Positions 10,171 through 20,089 of a DNA stretch of 64,000 nt are shown here, piece by piece. The stretch is taken from the NCBI GenBank assembly GCA_036679065.1, contig JAZIGN010000003.1, forward strand, positions 288,001-352,000, in the 5' to 3' direction. How positions within the stretch are numbered: the stretch's first letter is position 1; each line of letters opens with the position of its first letter. The notes under the pieces were generated by a model. That model had not been told where the DNA came from and did no database searches. It saw nothing but the letters and a program-made list of their open reading frames with translations. This DNA comes from Coprothermobacterota bacterium (GTDB taxonomy: Bacteria; Coprothermobacterota; Coprothermobacteria; Coprothermobacterales; Coprothermobacteraceae). The position numbers and the translations under genes are program-made.

Positions 10171-11190
10171 TTAATTGCCTTCGGGTCTTAGAAGTGCCCA
10201 CATGCGAGTTAATTCGTCTTGTTCACAGGCTATTTGTGTGTAAAGGTGGCTTTCAGAGCCAGAACGCAGAAGAACACCTCTTCCTTCTGTCACAACGCCT
10301 ATACGAAAGAGTTTGCATGGTTGGTTTTCAAATAACGCTTCGGCTGTTTCGCACATTTCAGGGGGTAACGTAGCCACCAAGGTGCCTGAGGAAATCATTT
10401 TTAGTGGATCAAATTCGAAAGCATTAGCAAAGCGCTTGACAACTTCTGGCACAGGAATTCTTGATGGATCTACTTCCATGCATACACCGGAACAGGAAGC
10501 TATTTCCAACAATGTTTCAAGTATGCCACCTCGTGTGACATCGTGCATGGCAGTAGCGCCTAGGTCTGCAAGCTTCAGTGCTTCTGATACCACGCTCACA
10601 GAAGAAAGTAGTTTTAGAGCCTCGTTTAGGTCCTGGTCAGTGAGGCCGCGTTTTCTTGCTTCAACGGCGAAGTCAGAAGCTAGAATGCCCGTTCCTTCGA
10701 GCCCCACTCCGCGTGTTACATAGATGATGTCCCCTGGTTTAGCACCGCTGGTTCTTACGACTCTTTTGCCACAGGCAGGCGCTAGTGCAGTGGCTGCGAC
10801 TAAGGGCCGTCTGAGGCCATTGGAGGCTTCTGTGTGCCCTCCTATAATAGTAACGTTCAAGCTGTCTGCTGCTCTCGCTGCATCTGACATTATCTGTTTT
10901 AACTCCTCAGGTTGGTCTAGCGATGGAAGCATGACCAATAACTGCACCCACCGTGGTTTTATACCGCTTGCTGCAATGTCGTTGCATGCCACGTGAACGG
11001 CAAGCCAGCCGATACCATTTACGGCACCGACAATGGGGTCGACATGTGAGAGCAGCAAATCGTCTCCCACTCGCGTAACAGCAACGTCTTCGCCGAAGGC
11101 TGAACCCAGAATTACATCAGGATCTTCGCTTTCCTTTACAGTGAAAGGGTAAACACACTCCTGCATAACTTCAAAGGAGAACTTTGCCAT
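10171..11190 (-). CDS. AIR synthase-related protein (PurM/HypE/ThiL superfamily)
   Basis: GEDVAV, HVDPI, CNDIAASG, GGHTE, HDVTRGG. Confidence 0.85.
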   Translation of the reverse strand: MAKFSFEVMQECVYPFTVKESEDPDVILGSAFGEDVAVTRVGDDLLLSHVDPIVGAVNGIGWLAVHVACNDIAASGIKPRWVQLLVMLPSLDQPEELKQIMSDAARAADSLNVTIIGGHTEASNGLRRPLVAATALAPACGKRVVRTSGAKPGDIIYVTRGVGLEGTGILASDFAVEARKRGLTDQDLNEALKLLSSVSVVSEALKLADLGATAMHDVTRGGILETLLEIASCSGVCMEVDPSRIPVPEVVKRFANAFEFDPLKMISSGTLVATLPPEMCETAEALFENQPCKLFRIGVVTEGRGVLLRSGSESHLYTQIACEQDELTRMWALLRPEGN

Positions 11191-11196
11191 TTGTTT

Positions 11197-12135
11197 TCAC
11201 CTCATAACTCTTATGTAATAATCCCAACCCTCATAATGGACTTTTCTGATTCTTCCTTCTTTTACGAGCTGCTGCAGAACGTCTTCTCCAACGCCGAAAC
11301 GATTGAGTACGTCCTTTACTGCGTCACTTCGCATAGGGTGGACGGCTGTTATTTCCAATATTTCCTCCACGGGGTTATCGGTGACAACAAAACCACTGCT
11401 TTCATAACCGGTTAGAGTTTCAGCGTTTAAGCCCTCTTTTGTGAAGATGGCGTAAGCGGCAGTGATTGACTCAGGTTCCGGGCGGCTAACCCATGGTTCC
11501 GCTGGTGGCCGAGTGGGAACTCCGATGTAGGCTTTATAAGGGCTTATGCGAGATTTAACGAAGTTTGCAATGGCAGTAAGTTCTTCTGGATTATCGTTTA
11601 ACTCTTTTACTAACATTGTTTCTGTGCACAAGGTTCCTGTGTACGAGCCTGCGAACTCCTGCATGCCCTGTAAGATTTCGTCCAAGGAAAGGGAAGCATG
11701 AGGTCGATTTATTTGTTTCCAAGTGTTAGGCGAGACGGCATCAATTTTCACACTGACCCAGTCAGCTTTTTTAAGATCTTCCTGGACTGATTTATCCCAG
11801 GTGAGAGAACTGTTAGTTATAACTGCTACGGGTAGGCCTAAATCTTTGAGCCTTTCTATGAGTTCACCCAAGCTTGAGTCCAAAGTGGGTTCACCGTCTG
11901 GAACAATGGATATGTAGTCAACGTTTTGCTGAGTTTCCCTTATCCTTTCTATTTTTATCTTAACCTCTTCGAAAACTTCTGATGGATTACTGTATAAGGT
12001 ACGCTTCATTTGCATGTGTAGCGTGCGTCCTACCTGGCAGTAAACGCAGTTGTAAGAGCATATTTTGTACGGGATGTTATTAACACCAAGGCTTGCGCCC
12101 AGTCTTCTGGATGGTATGGGTCCAAAGATTGTCAT
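11197..12135 (-). CDS. Radical SAM Fe-S protein (TYW1-like family)
   Basis: FGPIPSRRLGASLG, CSYNCVYC, GEPTL. Confidence 0.9.
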   Translation of the reverse strand: MTIFGPIPSRRLGASLGVNNIPYKICSYNCVYCQVGRTLHMQMKRTLYSNPSEVFEEVKIKIERIRETQQNVDYISIVPDGEPTLDSSLGELIERLKDLGLPVAVITNSSLTWDKSVQEDLKKADWVSVKIDAVSPNTWKQINRPHASLSLDEILQGMQEFAGSYTGTLCTETMLVKELNDNPEELTAIANFVKSRISPYKAYIGVPTRPPAEPWVSRPEPESITAAYAIFTKEGLNAETLTGYESSGFVVTDNPVEEILEITAVHPMRSDAVKDVLNRFGVGEDVLQQLVKEGRIRKVHYEGWDYYIRVMR

Positions 12136-12342
12136 TTTTCCCTCCTTAGCGGGATGTTCTGTGCTTCTCCCTCTTCGCATTATAGTAAGTTGCTGTTCAT
12201 TCTGTGCATATGCACAAAGAGATGAATGCAGACCATGGGCAAGCTAACAATTTGGTCAATACGATTAAACCGCCAGATGCGATGACAAGGCTTCATAGAC
12301 GTACAATCACACCATATCCATGGAGCAGGGAGGCATAAGAAG

Positions 12343-13012
12343 ATGGGTACAAAAAGATTAACGTGACTGCTGTTGGTCATCATGATTGTGGGTTCAGGTT
12401 GAAAGCGAAGAGCTTTCAGTGAGCGCTGCTCCAATGCCACCCACTAAGCTGGCTGAAAATGACAGTTATGTTTTTGCTTTGCCTGCACGCTACAACTATG
12501 CTTATCCGAAAGGCTGGGAAGAAGTTGACCAGATTATGAAATCCAACCCTGTATCAATCAATCCCACATTTGAAGTGAAACAAAACAGCGGCTATATGAG
12601 TGTAGAGCTGTGGTTTGAAGAGGAGAACTTTAACGTAACGGCAAGTGATGACTGGACTATAAAGCAAGCTCAGGCGTGGCTGGACAGAAATAAGTATTAC
12701 TTGACTGATGATCAGATAAGTGCCGTGCAAAACTGGATAGGAATTCAGGCAGCTCGTGACGACATTGAGGCAAGTCATCCATCAACAGTACCAATCTATT
12801 TTGGGTACAAGCTTTACAGCCCGTCTTTGGAAGAAGCGAGCAAGGGTAACTACGACGTATGATTCTGGACAGCCTTAGAGGAAATACCGGAGGGCGAGAT
12901 AACAAGTTGCCAACCCAATCTATTGGTGCACTGGGGTACAAGTCCAGAAGAAATATATAAAGAAATATTCGAACGTGTTGCCATTCCAAGTAATGACTGC
13001 AATTGCAAATAA
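12343..13012 (+). pseudogene. Pseudogene of secreted/lipoprotein family A
   Basis: GGGAGG RBS and ATG 12343; signal-peptide frame broken by TGAs; frame switch near 12390; in-frame TGA at 12860 where the paralog has Trp; homology continues (FWTALEEIPEGEITSCQPNLLVHWG) to TAA 13012. Confidence 0.8.
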
Positions 13013-13226
13013 AAAAGTAAACCAAGGGTAACAGAGAATAGGTTCGGTGGAGAGTCCATCGCTCATCGGACCTATTCTCGTGTTTTCATAACCTGCAATC
13101 TTTGAAAGGGTTGCTGCTGCACATAGAAACATTCAAGTGTAGCCATGTTACATACATATGGGGTGGATAGATCAAAGAGCGAATAAAACGTTCATGTGAA
13201 GCTCAATGATTTGAACTAACGGCAAT

Positions 13227-14249
13227 TCATTGGGAAGTGCCAAAATCTGGTGGATTTACGCCTGAGGCAAAGGCTTGTCCAACATTTCCCAGAGTTGTAA
13301 TGTACCAATTCCTTAACCAACCGGCATCCCACTTATAAACATCAACAGGTACACTTAGATCAAAAACGTGTCTTACATGAAAATCGCCAGGCAGTACATC
13401 CACAACAAGGTGAGCATTTTTCATCTTTGTAGCCAGTTGCGCCACTTCAACCAAATTCATATCTGAAATAACGTAGTCGTTCCATATGTTTACAGCACTG
13501 GACAGAAAAGATGGTGAAAGTTTAGAAATAACTTGATCTTTAAGATTAGTTCCTGTTATCAGTGACATTTGCCTAGAGATTCTATCTAAATCGGACATGT
13601 GGGTGGTGCCAAAGTCACGCACACGCCAGTATACCAAGAACTGCGTGCCGTTAAGTGTGTGAGTACCTGGGCTTAGGCATGTGTAATCGGGAACACCGAC
13701 ACCTTCATAGCAATATCTTTGCGGCACATCCACTGTGAGCCCACCCATTAAATCCACCATCTCTGTTATGGTTGTGAAATTCACGACTACGTAATGATCA
13801 ACGGTCACTCCAAAATTATTCTTAATTGTTTGCACCAGTTTGCTCAAACCACCATATGTTTGCCCTTGACCATACATGGAGGCATGCGTGACCTTTGTTA
13901 TGCCTTTACCTGGTATGTTGACCAAAGAATCTCTGGGAATATAAAGCAAATTCACCGTGGAACCGTGTATGAATGCCAGTATGAGCGTGTCGTTATGACC
14001 CACTGAGCCACCTTGGTTCATCTTGCCTACCGTATCGAGCCCAGCTAAGAGCCAAACTTGGTCATTTTTCGAACCTGTCATGCTTGACAATGTGTTTGTG
14101 GCAGAACCCAAGATGTCTGAAATACTTAAACTACCAGTTTTCGGCAGCAGGATTTTCTGAGCGTAAACACCGCCAACAAAAGATACACAGAAAACAGCTA
14201 CCAAACTGATGACGATCAGAATATTTGCGAAACTGAATTTCTTTTTCAC
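13227..14249 (-). CDS. LytR-CpsA-Psr (LCP) family cell-envelope protein
   Basis: TM anchor, LLAGLD, DTLIL, IPRDSLV, RVR, SDLDRISRQ. Confidence 0.9.
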   Translation of the reverse strand: MKKKFSFANILIVISLVAVFCVSFVGGVYAQKILLPKTGSLSISDILGSATNTLSSMTGSKNDQVWLLAGLDTVGKMNQGGSVGHNDTLILAFIHGSTVNLLYIPRDSLVNIPGKGITKVTHASMYGQGQTYGGLSKLVQTIKNNFGVTVDHYVVVNFTTITEMVDLMGGLTVDVPQRYCYEGVGVPDYTCLSPGTHTLNGTQFLVYWRVRDFGTTHMSDLDRISRQMSLITGTNLKDQVISKLSPSFLSSAVNIWNDYVISDMNLVEVAQLATKMKNAHLVVDVLPGDFHVRHVFDLSVPVDVYKWDAGWLRNWYITTLGNVGQAFASGVNPPDFGTSQ

Positions 14250-14675
14250 CTCAAGAATTATATCCTATGAGCTTACTTTGATTGACGTGAGCATGCAAAG
14301 GGCAGTTTAAGGAATGGTGCATCAAAGCCGTGGTAATAATCCATGAACTGAATGATGTTTCCCATTAATGGACCAGCGATTGGTATGAGCAGTACAGTAT
14401 GTTAATTCCCAGTAGTATGAAAGGAAGAAAGAAAGCGGCAGAGAACCTTGTGCTGTAGGCGTTCGGTTAACCAAAAGCGCCCAGTGATGAAGAGCCGACT
14501 CAGGCAGTCTATTGTCGGTGAGCAAGCTAGCAGCAAAAGGTATTGCAACTAAGATTATTGCAGCTATTAGATTTTTCTCTGTTTCCTCTCACGGTTCGAT
14601 CACTTCTCTATGCATTATTGAAGGCGTTTCTTTAAAGAGTATGTGTTATTCATCTCTCTGTTTTTGCTTTTACCT

Positions 14676-15773
14676 TTACGGAGTCATTGGAACTACAACG
14701 CTGTCAGGAGTGTTTATTGCATAGCTATTGAGCTGTTTTCCGTGAGCGTCGTATATGTATACTTTAGTAGTTTTCAATTGTTCTGGGATGGGTCTAAGCC
14801 TGCTGTATGGAGTGATTAATGCAAAACCTGCGAGTTCATCATTTTTGAACGCTGCTATGGTGAGTTCATTCGGTCCAACGGTTTGTCCGACGGCTACAAG
14901 ATAGTCTTTGTATTTGGTGTAAGATGGGAAAGTCGTTTCTTCATAAAATGTGAAGGGTTCAAGCTTTGTGGCAGTTCCTACGGTTTTAAGACCTTTGGTA
15001 ATAGATGTTACTTCAACAAGTTTTGGTTTCGTAGAAGTTACATCCAACCGTAAACTATCTAAGTAGAAACAGCCATCGGCAAAAGGTATGTCAAGTTCTG
15101 CCAATGTTAATATGGATGCATCGTAGTTGTCTGTGACGGTCTTTACCGTCATGCTTCCATCAGGGTTCAGGACATCAAGAATTATTGACATGATTGATGG
15201 CCCAGGGATTGTCCCTGTCTCGGGTGGCACGTAGGGCTGCTGTTTCCCCACCAGCACGTAGATCTTGTCGTCCATGGCACCTAAGCCTAAAAAGGTTCCG
15301 TTGGCTACCTGGTATTGTTGCATGCCAGTCGCACTTATCTTAGAAATAGTTGTTGCAGCAGCGCCTACTCCAACAGCATAGATCGCTTCGTTGGTGGTAT
15401 ATGCGACCATTGGGTCGTAGTAGATTGGTAAGGACTTGGCTAAGCTGATCACATTTACTTTTACTCCATTTGTTTGTATCTGTGCAAGGTTACTTGTAGC
15501 CTCTCTGGTAAAAACAGTAACACTGTCAGGGCCTTCCCAGTGCAGAGCTACTACTTGCTTGTCGTTGTTAGGGTAGGAAAGCACGGGGTCCTTGCCAATT
15601 TCCACGGTGCCTTTTTCTGGTGCCCATAGAGCTTTCACATAACTGATTTGCTCATCGTTGTTGTGTTCCAGCAGCAGCGGCACAGTGTTTTCACTCGTGG
15701 TTCCTGTGCAACCAAGTAGGGAAATAGTCACTGTTAGAAGACAAGCCAACAGTCCAAATGAACGTTTCATCAT
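14676..15773 (-). CDS. Lipoprotein, paralog family B
   Basis: Lipobox LLGC; similar to 8098-9243. Confidence 0.8.
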   Translation of the reverse strand: MMKRSFGLLACLLTVTISLLGCTGTTSENTVPLLLEHNNDEQISYVKALWAPEKGTVEIGKDPVLSYPNNDKQVVALHWEGPDSVTVFTREATSNLAQIQTNGVKVNVISLAKSLPIYYDPMVAYTTNEAIYAVGVGAAATTISKISATGMQQYQVANGTFLGLGAMDDKIYVLVGKQQPYVPPETGTIPGPSIMSIILDVLNPDGSMTVKTVTDNYDASILTLAELDIPFADGCFYLDSLRLDVTSTKPKLVEVTSITKGLKTVGTATKLEPFTFYEETTFPSYTKYKDYLVAVGQTVGPNELTIAAFKNDELAGFALITPYSRLRPIPEQLKTTKVYIYDAHGKQLNSYAINTPDSVVVPMTP

Positions 15774-15923
15774 AAACTATGCACCCCCCAAGGAGCTCAA
15801 CACAGTTTTTTTTGAACTTTGTGCTACCTTTTAGGTTGATGCCCCCGTTTATTAATGGCAGTTTAGCACATTATTTGAAAAAAACACACACCTTCTGTGC
15901 AATGCTGCTCTTTATTTTGCTTG

Positions 15924-16709
15924 TTAAGAATACGGCGCTTTTAGTACGCAGGCTAGCTCTACCAGTTCTACGTGGGCTTTCTCCAGTTCCTTACGTATGC
16001 TTGAAGCCAGCTCTACGGCCTTCGGGTTGTCACCGTGAACACAAATGCTGTGTGCAACAATAGGCATTTCTTTGCCATTTATGGCTGTTACTTTGTTTTC
16101 TAAAACCATTTTTAATGCACGCTCTGTGGCTTGCAATGGGTCATCTATGATTGCACCCGGCATGGAACGGGGCACCAATGTGCCATCCTCATTGTAGGCA
16201 CGGTCTGCAAACACTTCCTGTGCCACCTTAATGCCCACGTCGTTAGCCGCTTTAACCATTGCTGAATTTGCCAAAGCAAGCAAGATGGCGTCAGGTGCTG
16301 CCTTTTTTACAGCTTCGGCAACAGCTTTTGCGAGCTCATAATTCACTGCTGCCATGTTATAAAGTGCTCCGTGAGGTTTTACATGTTTCAGCTCCTTGCC
16401 TTCAGCTCTTGCAAAAGCCTGTAATGCTCCAATTTGGTAGATGACTAAGTTTGTAACTTCTTCAAGTGTAAGCTGCATGTTACGGCGTCCGAACCCTTGA
16501 AGATCTGGAAAACCGGGATGGGCTCCCACTGCCACATTCTTGGAAGCTGCCATGCTCACTGTTTTTTGCATGACCATGTAGTCGCCTGCATGGAACCCGC
16601 AGGCTATATTAGCAGAAGTCACAAGGTCTAGTAGTTCTCCATCCAATCCCAGCTTGTAGGCACCAAAGCTTTCTCCCATATCCGCATTTATATCAACTTT
16701 GAGTGGCAT
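15924..16709 (-). CDS. pxpA: 5-oxoprolinase subunit A (LamB/YcsF)
   Basis: DINADMGESFG, ANIACGFHAGD, HVKPHGALYN, CVHGD. Confidence 0.93.
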   Translation of the reverse strand: MPLKVDINADMGESFGAYKLGLDGELLDLVTSANIACGFHAGDYMVMQKTVSMAASKNVAVGAHPGFPDLQGFGRRNMQLTLEEVTNLVIYQIGALQAFARAEGKELKHVKPHGALYNMAAVNYELAKAVAEAVKKAAPDAILLALANSAMVKAANDVGIKVAQEVFADRAYNEDGTLVPRSMPGAIIDDPLQATERALKMVLENKVTAINGKEMPIVAHSICVHGDNPKAVELASSIRKELEKAHVELVELACVLKAPYS

Positions 16710-16731
16710 TAGCTGTTCCTCCTTTCATTAC

Positions 16732-17784
16732 TTAGCGTTCTTCCACCCATACGTCGAAATACCGGTTGCCCACTGCCACACAGAAATGCTTGGCAGTAGC
16801 GGAAGCATTAGGGCTAAGCACAAGCCGGAGCTTGCAAAGCTTATCTTCTTGCTCTTTTAGAAGATAAACGGCTTCTTCCATGCTGATTACCATGAATTGA
16901 ACTTTGTTTCCTGGCTTACCCTGAGCTAGGAGGGGAAGATCGGCTGTGCAAACTGTGGCTATCTTGGGATAACCTCCAGTGGTTTGTCCGTCAGCGAGCA
17001 TGATAATGGGCATGCCATCACCTGGTATTTGCACAGCGCCAAGTGGAATGCCGTCGGATATGATCTGGACATGGTTTTTGCTGATATGTTCTATGCGTTC
17101 GCCTTCCAAGCGGTAACCCATGCGGTCGGAGTCGGCAGTAATTATGTACGTGCTATTGAGGAAGTTTTGCACTCCTTTTTTGGAAAAGTAATCATCTTGT
17201 GGTCCCATAATAACGCGCAATGTGATGATGTCATTATCAGCATCTATAACGTACGTTGGAACGTACTCCATGGGAATAAGCTTGCCTACATACTGCGATG
17301 GTTCTTTTGAAGGCGAGCCAATTTCCAGTTTGTCTCCACTTTGGAGGGGTCTGCCTTGAAAGCCACCAATCTTGCCACGGATGTAGGTAGACCTGCTACC
17401 CATTACCATGGGCACGTCAAATCCCCCAGCTACTGCCAGGTATCCTCTTGCACCGACTTTTGCTTCCGATATTGTAATGATGTCGTTCTCTTTAACTTCA
17501 ACTGCCTGCCACTGTGGTAAGGGCTGTTCATTTAACGTAGCTTGAAACAGTGCACCAGTTAGAGCAATGACGGCTGAGCCATGTACCTTAAGAGTGGGTC
17601 CTAGTAAAGTAATTTCCAAACAGGCAGCGTTTTCATCATTGCTGACGAGTAAGTTTGCTACTTTATAACTGTACTGGTCCAAAGCTCCTGTAACGGGCAT
17701 GCCAATGCTTCGGTAACCAAAACGGCCACTGTCTTGTACAGTGGATAAAAAACCCGGTGAAACAACTTCAAAAAACGTAGGCAT
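16732..17784 (-). CDS. pxpC: 5-oxoprolinase subunit C (AHS2/KipA-like)
   Basis: TVQDSGRFG, GSRST, SDRMGYRL, QTTGGYPKI. Confidence 0.9.
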   Translation of the reverse strand: MPTFFEVVSPGFLSTVQDSGRFGYRSIGMPVTGALDQYSYKVANLLVSNDENAACLEITLLGPTLKVHGSAVIALTGALFQATLNEQPLPQWQAVEVKENDIITISEAKVGARGYLAVAGGFDVPMVMGSRSTYIRGKIGGFQGRPLQSGDKLEIGSPSKEPSQYVGKLIPMEYVPTYVIDADNDIITLRVIMGPQDDYFSKKGVQNFLNSTYIITADSDRMGYRLEGERIEHISKNHVQIISDGIPLGAVQIPGDGMPIIMLADGQTTGGYPKIATVCTADLPLLAQGKPGNKVQFMVISMEEAVYLLKEQEDKLCKLRLVLSPNASATAKHFCVAVGNRYFDVWVEER

Positions 17785-17787
17785 TTG

Positions 17788-18534
17788 TCACAGCGTACCT
17801 TTCTCCTCTTCAAGGTTATATGTTCGAACTTTGTAAGCACCGATTTTGGCCTGTTCTTTAATGGTTTTGTACTGTTCGGCTGTGATAGGTTGGAATCTTA
17901 TGTAATTGCCAGCGCTGAACAGTACTGGCGGGGTCCTGAAAGGATCATATATGTTAACGGGTGTGCGCCCTATGATGCGCCAGCCACCAGGGCTGTCCAC
18001 AGGATAGATACCAGTTTGTTCTCCTGCTATGCCTACGGAGCCAGCAGGGATTTTGATCCTCGGATTCTCCAAACGTGGCGTGGCAATGCGCGGATCCATG
18101 CCTCCTAAGTATGGAAAGCCGGGAGTGAAACCTAGCATGTAGATGAGATAGTTCGGTGCACTGTGCAGTGCTATGACCTCTTCGGGGGCAAGCTTGCAGT
18201 AGGCAGAAACAAACTCAAGGTCTGGTCCAAGATCACCGCCATAGCACACTGGTATCACAGTCACTGTTGGCTGTGAAATGTTTGCCTCACAGGTACTTTC
18301 CATAGCTCTTTCAAGGTATTTCTCAAGCGTTGCCGGTTCCAACTTAAGAGGATCAAAACACACCAGCAGTGAGCAATACGCTGGCACAGTTTCAATGACG
18401 CCTTCAATGGGATTATGCTGCAGTGCTACGTTGAGCGCCCTAACTTTAGCATTTAGTTCTGGTGAAATTTTATTGCCTAGTTGCACTAAAAGCGCAGAAT
18501 CGCCTGCTGGTTTTATGCAAAAGCTAATGTCCAA
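17788..18534 (-). CDS. pxpB: 5-oxoprolinase subunit B (AHS1/KipI-like)
   Basis: PAGDSA, GFTPGFPYL, GSVGIAG, SPGGWRIIGRT. Confidence 0.92.
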   Translation of the reverse strand: MDISFCIKPAGDSALLVQLGNKISPELNAKVRALNVALQHNPIEGVIETVPAYCSLLVCFDPLKLEPATLEKYLERAMESTCEANISQPTVTVIPVCYGGDLGPDLEFVSAYCKLAPEEVIALHSAPNYLIYMLGFTPGFPYLGGMDPRIATPRLENPRIKIPAGSVGIAGEQTGIYPVDSPGGWRIIGRTPVNIYDPFRTPPVLFSAGNYIRFQPITAEQYKTIKEQAKIGAYKVRTYNLEEEKGTL

Positions 18535-18623
18535 AACCTCCCACCTCCTGCATACATAATGAAAAGTCTAATACAAGAAGTGGGACAGTACATCTATATG
18601 AACGTACTTAGCTTCGCTTTTGG

Positions 18624-19796
18624 TTACTCGGCAATAATGTTGGTGTAAGGCTCTGCCAGGAGCAAATTAGCAGGTATGATGCTGTCGTAACCATAGCGCT
18701 GGCGTATCTTTTCTACTACAGGCTTTAATGGATTTGGTTTTTCTTGGTAGAAAAGGCTAGGGGTGTAATGCTGCCTTATGTCAGCCATACCTACGCCAAC
18801 TAACCGTACGCCTTGCTTATACGGTCTGAGCTCTTTGTTTAGCATTTTGAAGTTATGAAAGATTACATCGGGGTCATTAGTGTAAAACTCCAGTTTCATG
18901 CCTGTTGATTCTGCACTCATATCATCATAGCGTAAAAATATGAAAAGTTCTTTTGCACGGGAGTTAATCTCTTCCAAACCTTTACCAAGAGAATCGCAAA
19001 GCAGACGTCCCACTGCTTCTACTACCAGTGGGCTTAAGGTGCTTGCGTCCAAAGTAACACTGCGAGTAATGCTTTTTAAAGGTGGCTCCTGAGTAATAAG
19101 AGGCGTTTCGTCAATGCCTTGAGCGATTTTTTGGTAGTACTCGCCAAGTATGCCCATAAGGTTTTTGATTATGGGTTTTGGAGTTAAGGCTAAATCTTCT
19201 AAGGTATATATACCATTTTTATTGAGTAGAGCTTCTCTGCGGGAACCTATGCCTGGTATGGCTGATACGGGCAAGTACTTGTAAACACTGGGTATGGCCT
19301 GTGGTTTCCACCAAGTGAGTCCATCGGGTTTGCCTTCCTCTGTTGCCATTTTTGCTAAGATTTTTCCCGGAGCAATGCCTACGGAGCAAGTAATACCAAA
19401 CTGCTTCTTTACGTATCTTCTGATTTCTTCACCTACCTTATCTGGATCCTTGCCGTAGTAAGTCATGAAGAATTCGTCAATGCTGTAATTTTCTACCTCA
19501 GAAGAAATGCTTCTTGCGTATTTGAGCATCTGATTATGCACGTAACCGTAGAATGATGGATGAGCTTGCACCAGAATAAGGTCAGGGCAAAGGTTAAAAG
19601 CTTCCTTGGGAGGCATGCCAGCTTTAACGCCTTTGCGTTTAGCTTCGTAAGATGCTGCAGCTATGACGGAGCGCTTTTTCCCTCTGCCGTAGGGGTCAGC
19701 CATGACTCCAATGGGTTTACCTTTTAGTTTTGGATTGATGGCTTGTTCGCAGCTGGCGAAGAAGGCGTCCATGTCCACGTGCATGATCCATCTCAT
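18624..19796 (-). CDS. dinB: Y-family DNA polymerase (Pol IV/DinB)
   Basis: HVDMDAFFAS, ASYEAK, SIDEFF, KPDG; clamp-motif-like PSLF; start overlaps the upstream stop (ATGA). Confidence 0.9.
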   Translation of the reverse strand: MRWIMHVDMDAFFASCEQAINPKLKGKPIGVMADPYGRGKKRSVIAAASYEAKRKGVKAGMPPKEAFNLCPDLILVQAHPSFYGYVHNQMLKYARSISSEVENYSIDEFFMTYYGKDPDKVGEEIRRYVKKQFGITCSVGIAPGKILAKMATEEGKPDGLTWWKPQAIPSVYKYLPVSAIPGIGSRREALLNKNGIYTLEDLALTPKPIIKNLMGILGEYYQKIAQGIDETPLITQEPPLKSITRSVTLDASTLSPLVVEAVGRLLCDSLGKGLEEINSRAKELFIFLRYDDMSAESTGMKLEFYTNDPDVIFHNFKMLNKELRPYKQGVRLVGVGMADIRQHYTPSLFYQEKPNPLKPVVEKIRQRYGYDSIIPANLLLAEPYTNIIAE

Positions 19797-20011
19797 GGCA
19801 AGCACCATCCTCTCCAATAACCGTCGGGCCACAGGTAAACGAGTTCCCAGATTTGGTCTTCTTCTGTGGATATTATGAAGTGGTAAAGCTGGCGATTACC
19901 CTGCGGTTGCTGCCATTTTTGCTGCCAGGTTTTTACTTTTTGCCAGCGTTGCCCATCTCTGAAAGCTAAAGGCTTAAATTCTGCACCATGGTAAAGCACC
20001 ATGACTGTCAT
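19793..20011 (-). CDS. Small Trp-rich protein coupled to dinB (DUF6504-like)
   Basis: ATGA overlap with dinB; pattern P..F...R...V.....W...YHF....WEL.Y....W. Confidence 0.65.
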   Translation of the reverse strand: MTVMVLYHGAEFKPLAFRDGQRWQKVKTWQQKWQQPQGNRQLYHFIISTEEDQIWELVYLWPDGYWRGWCLP

Positions 20012-20017
20012 AACCAT

Positions 20018-20052
20018 ATTATAGCAAACAATTGTATACCATACATATGGTA
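20018..20052 (-). promoter_or_regulatory. Extended -10 promoter (TGCTATAAT) with palindrome TACCATA-N2-TATGGTA over the -35 region
   Basis: TATAAT at 20023-20018; 7-bp-arm inverted repeat at 20037-20052. Confidence 0.6.
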
Positions 20053-20089
20053 AAGTAGCACCTACATCATGTAAAAAGCTGTGGGGCTT

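Noticed and set aside
14322..14615. Possible degraded secreted-protein gene (IAAIILVAIPFAASL)
   Set aside because: There is a hydrophobic stretch but no consistent start or frame and no recognisable homolog; too weak to call.
4900..15800. Diversity-generating retroelement or invertase-driven shufflon behind the lipoprotein repeats
   Set aside because: No reverse transcriptase or recombinase in the window, differences between copies are not adenine-specific, and the repeats are direct rather than inverted.
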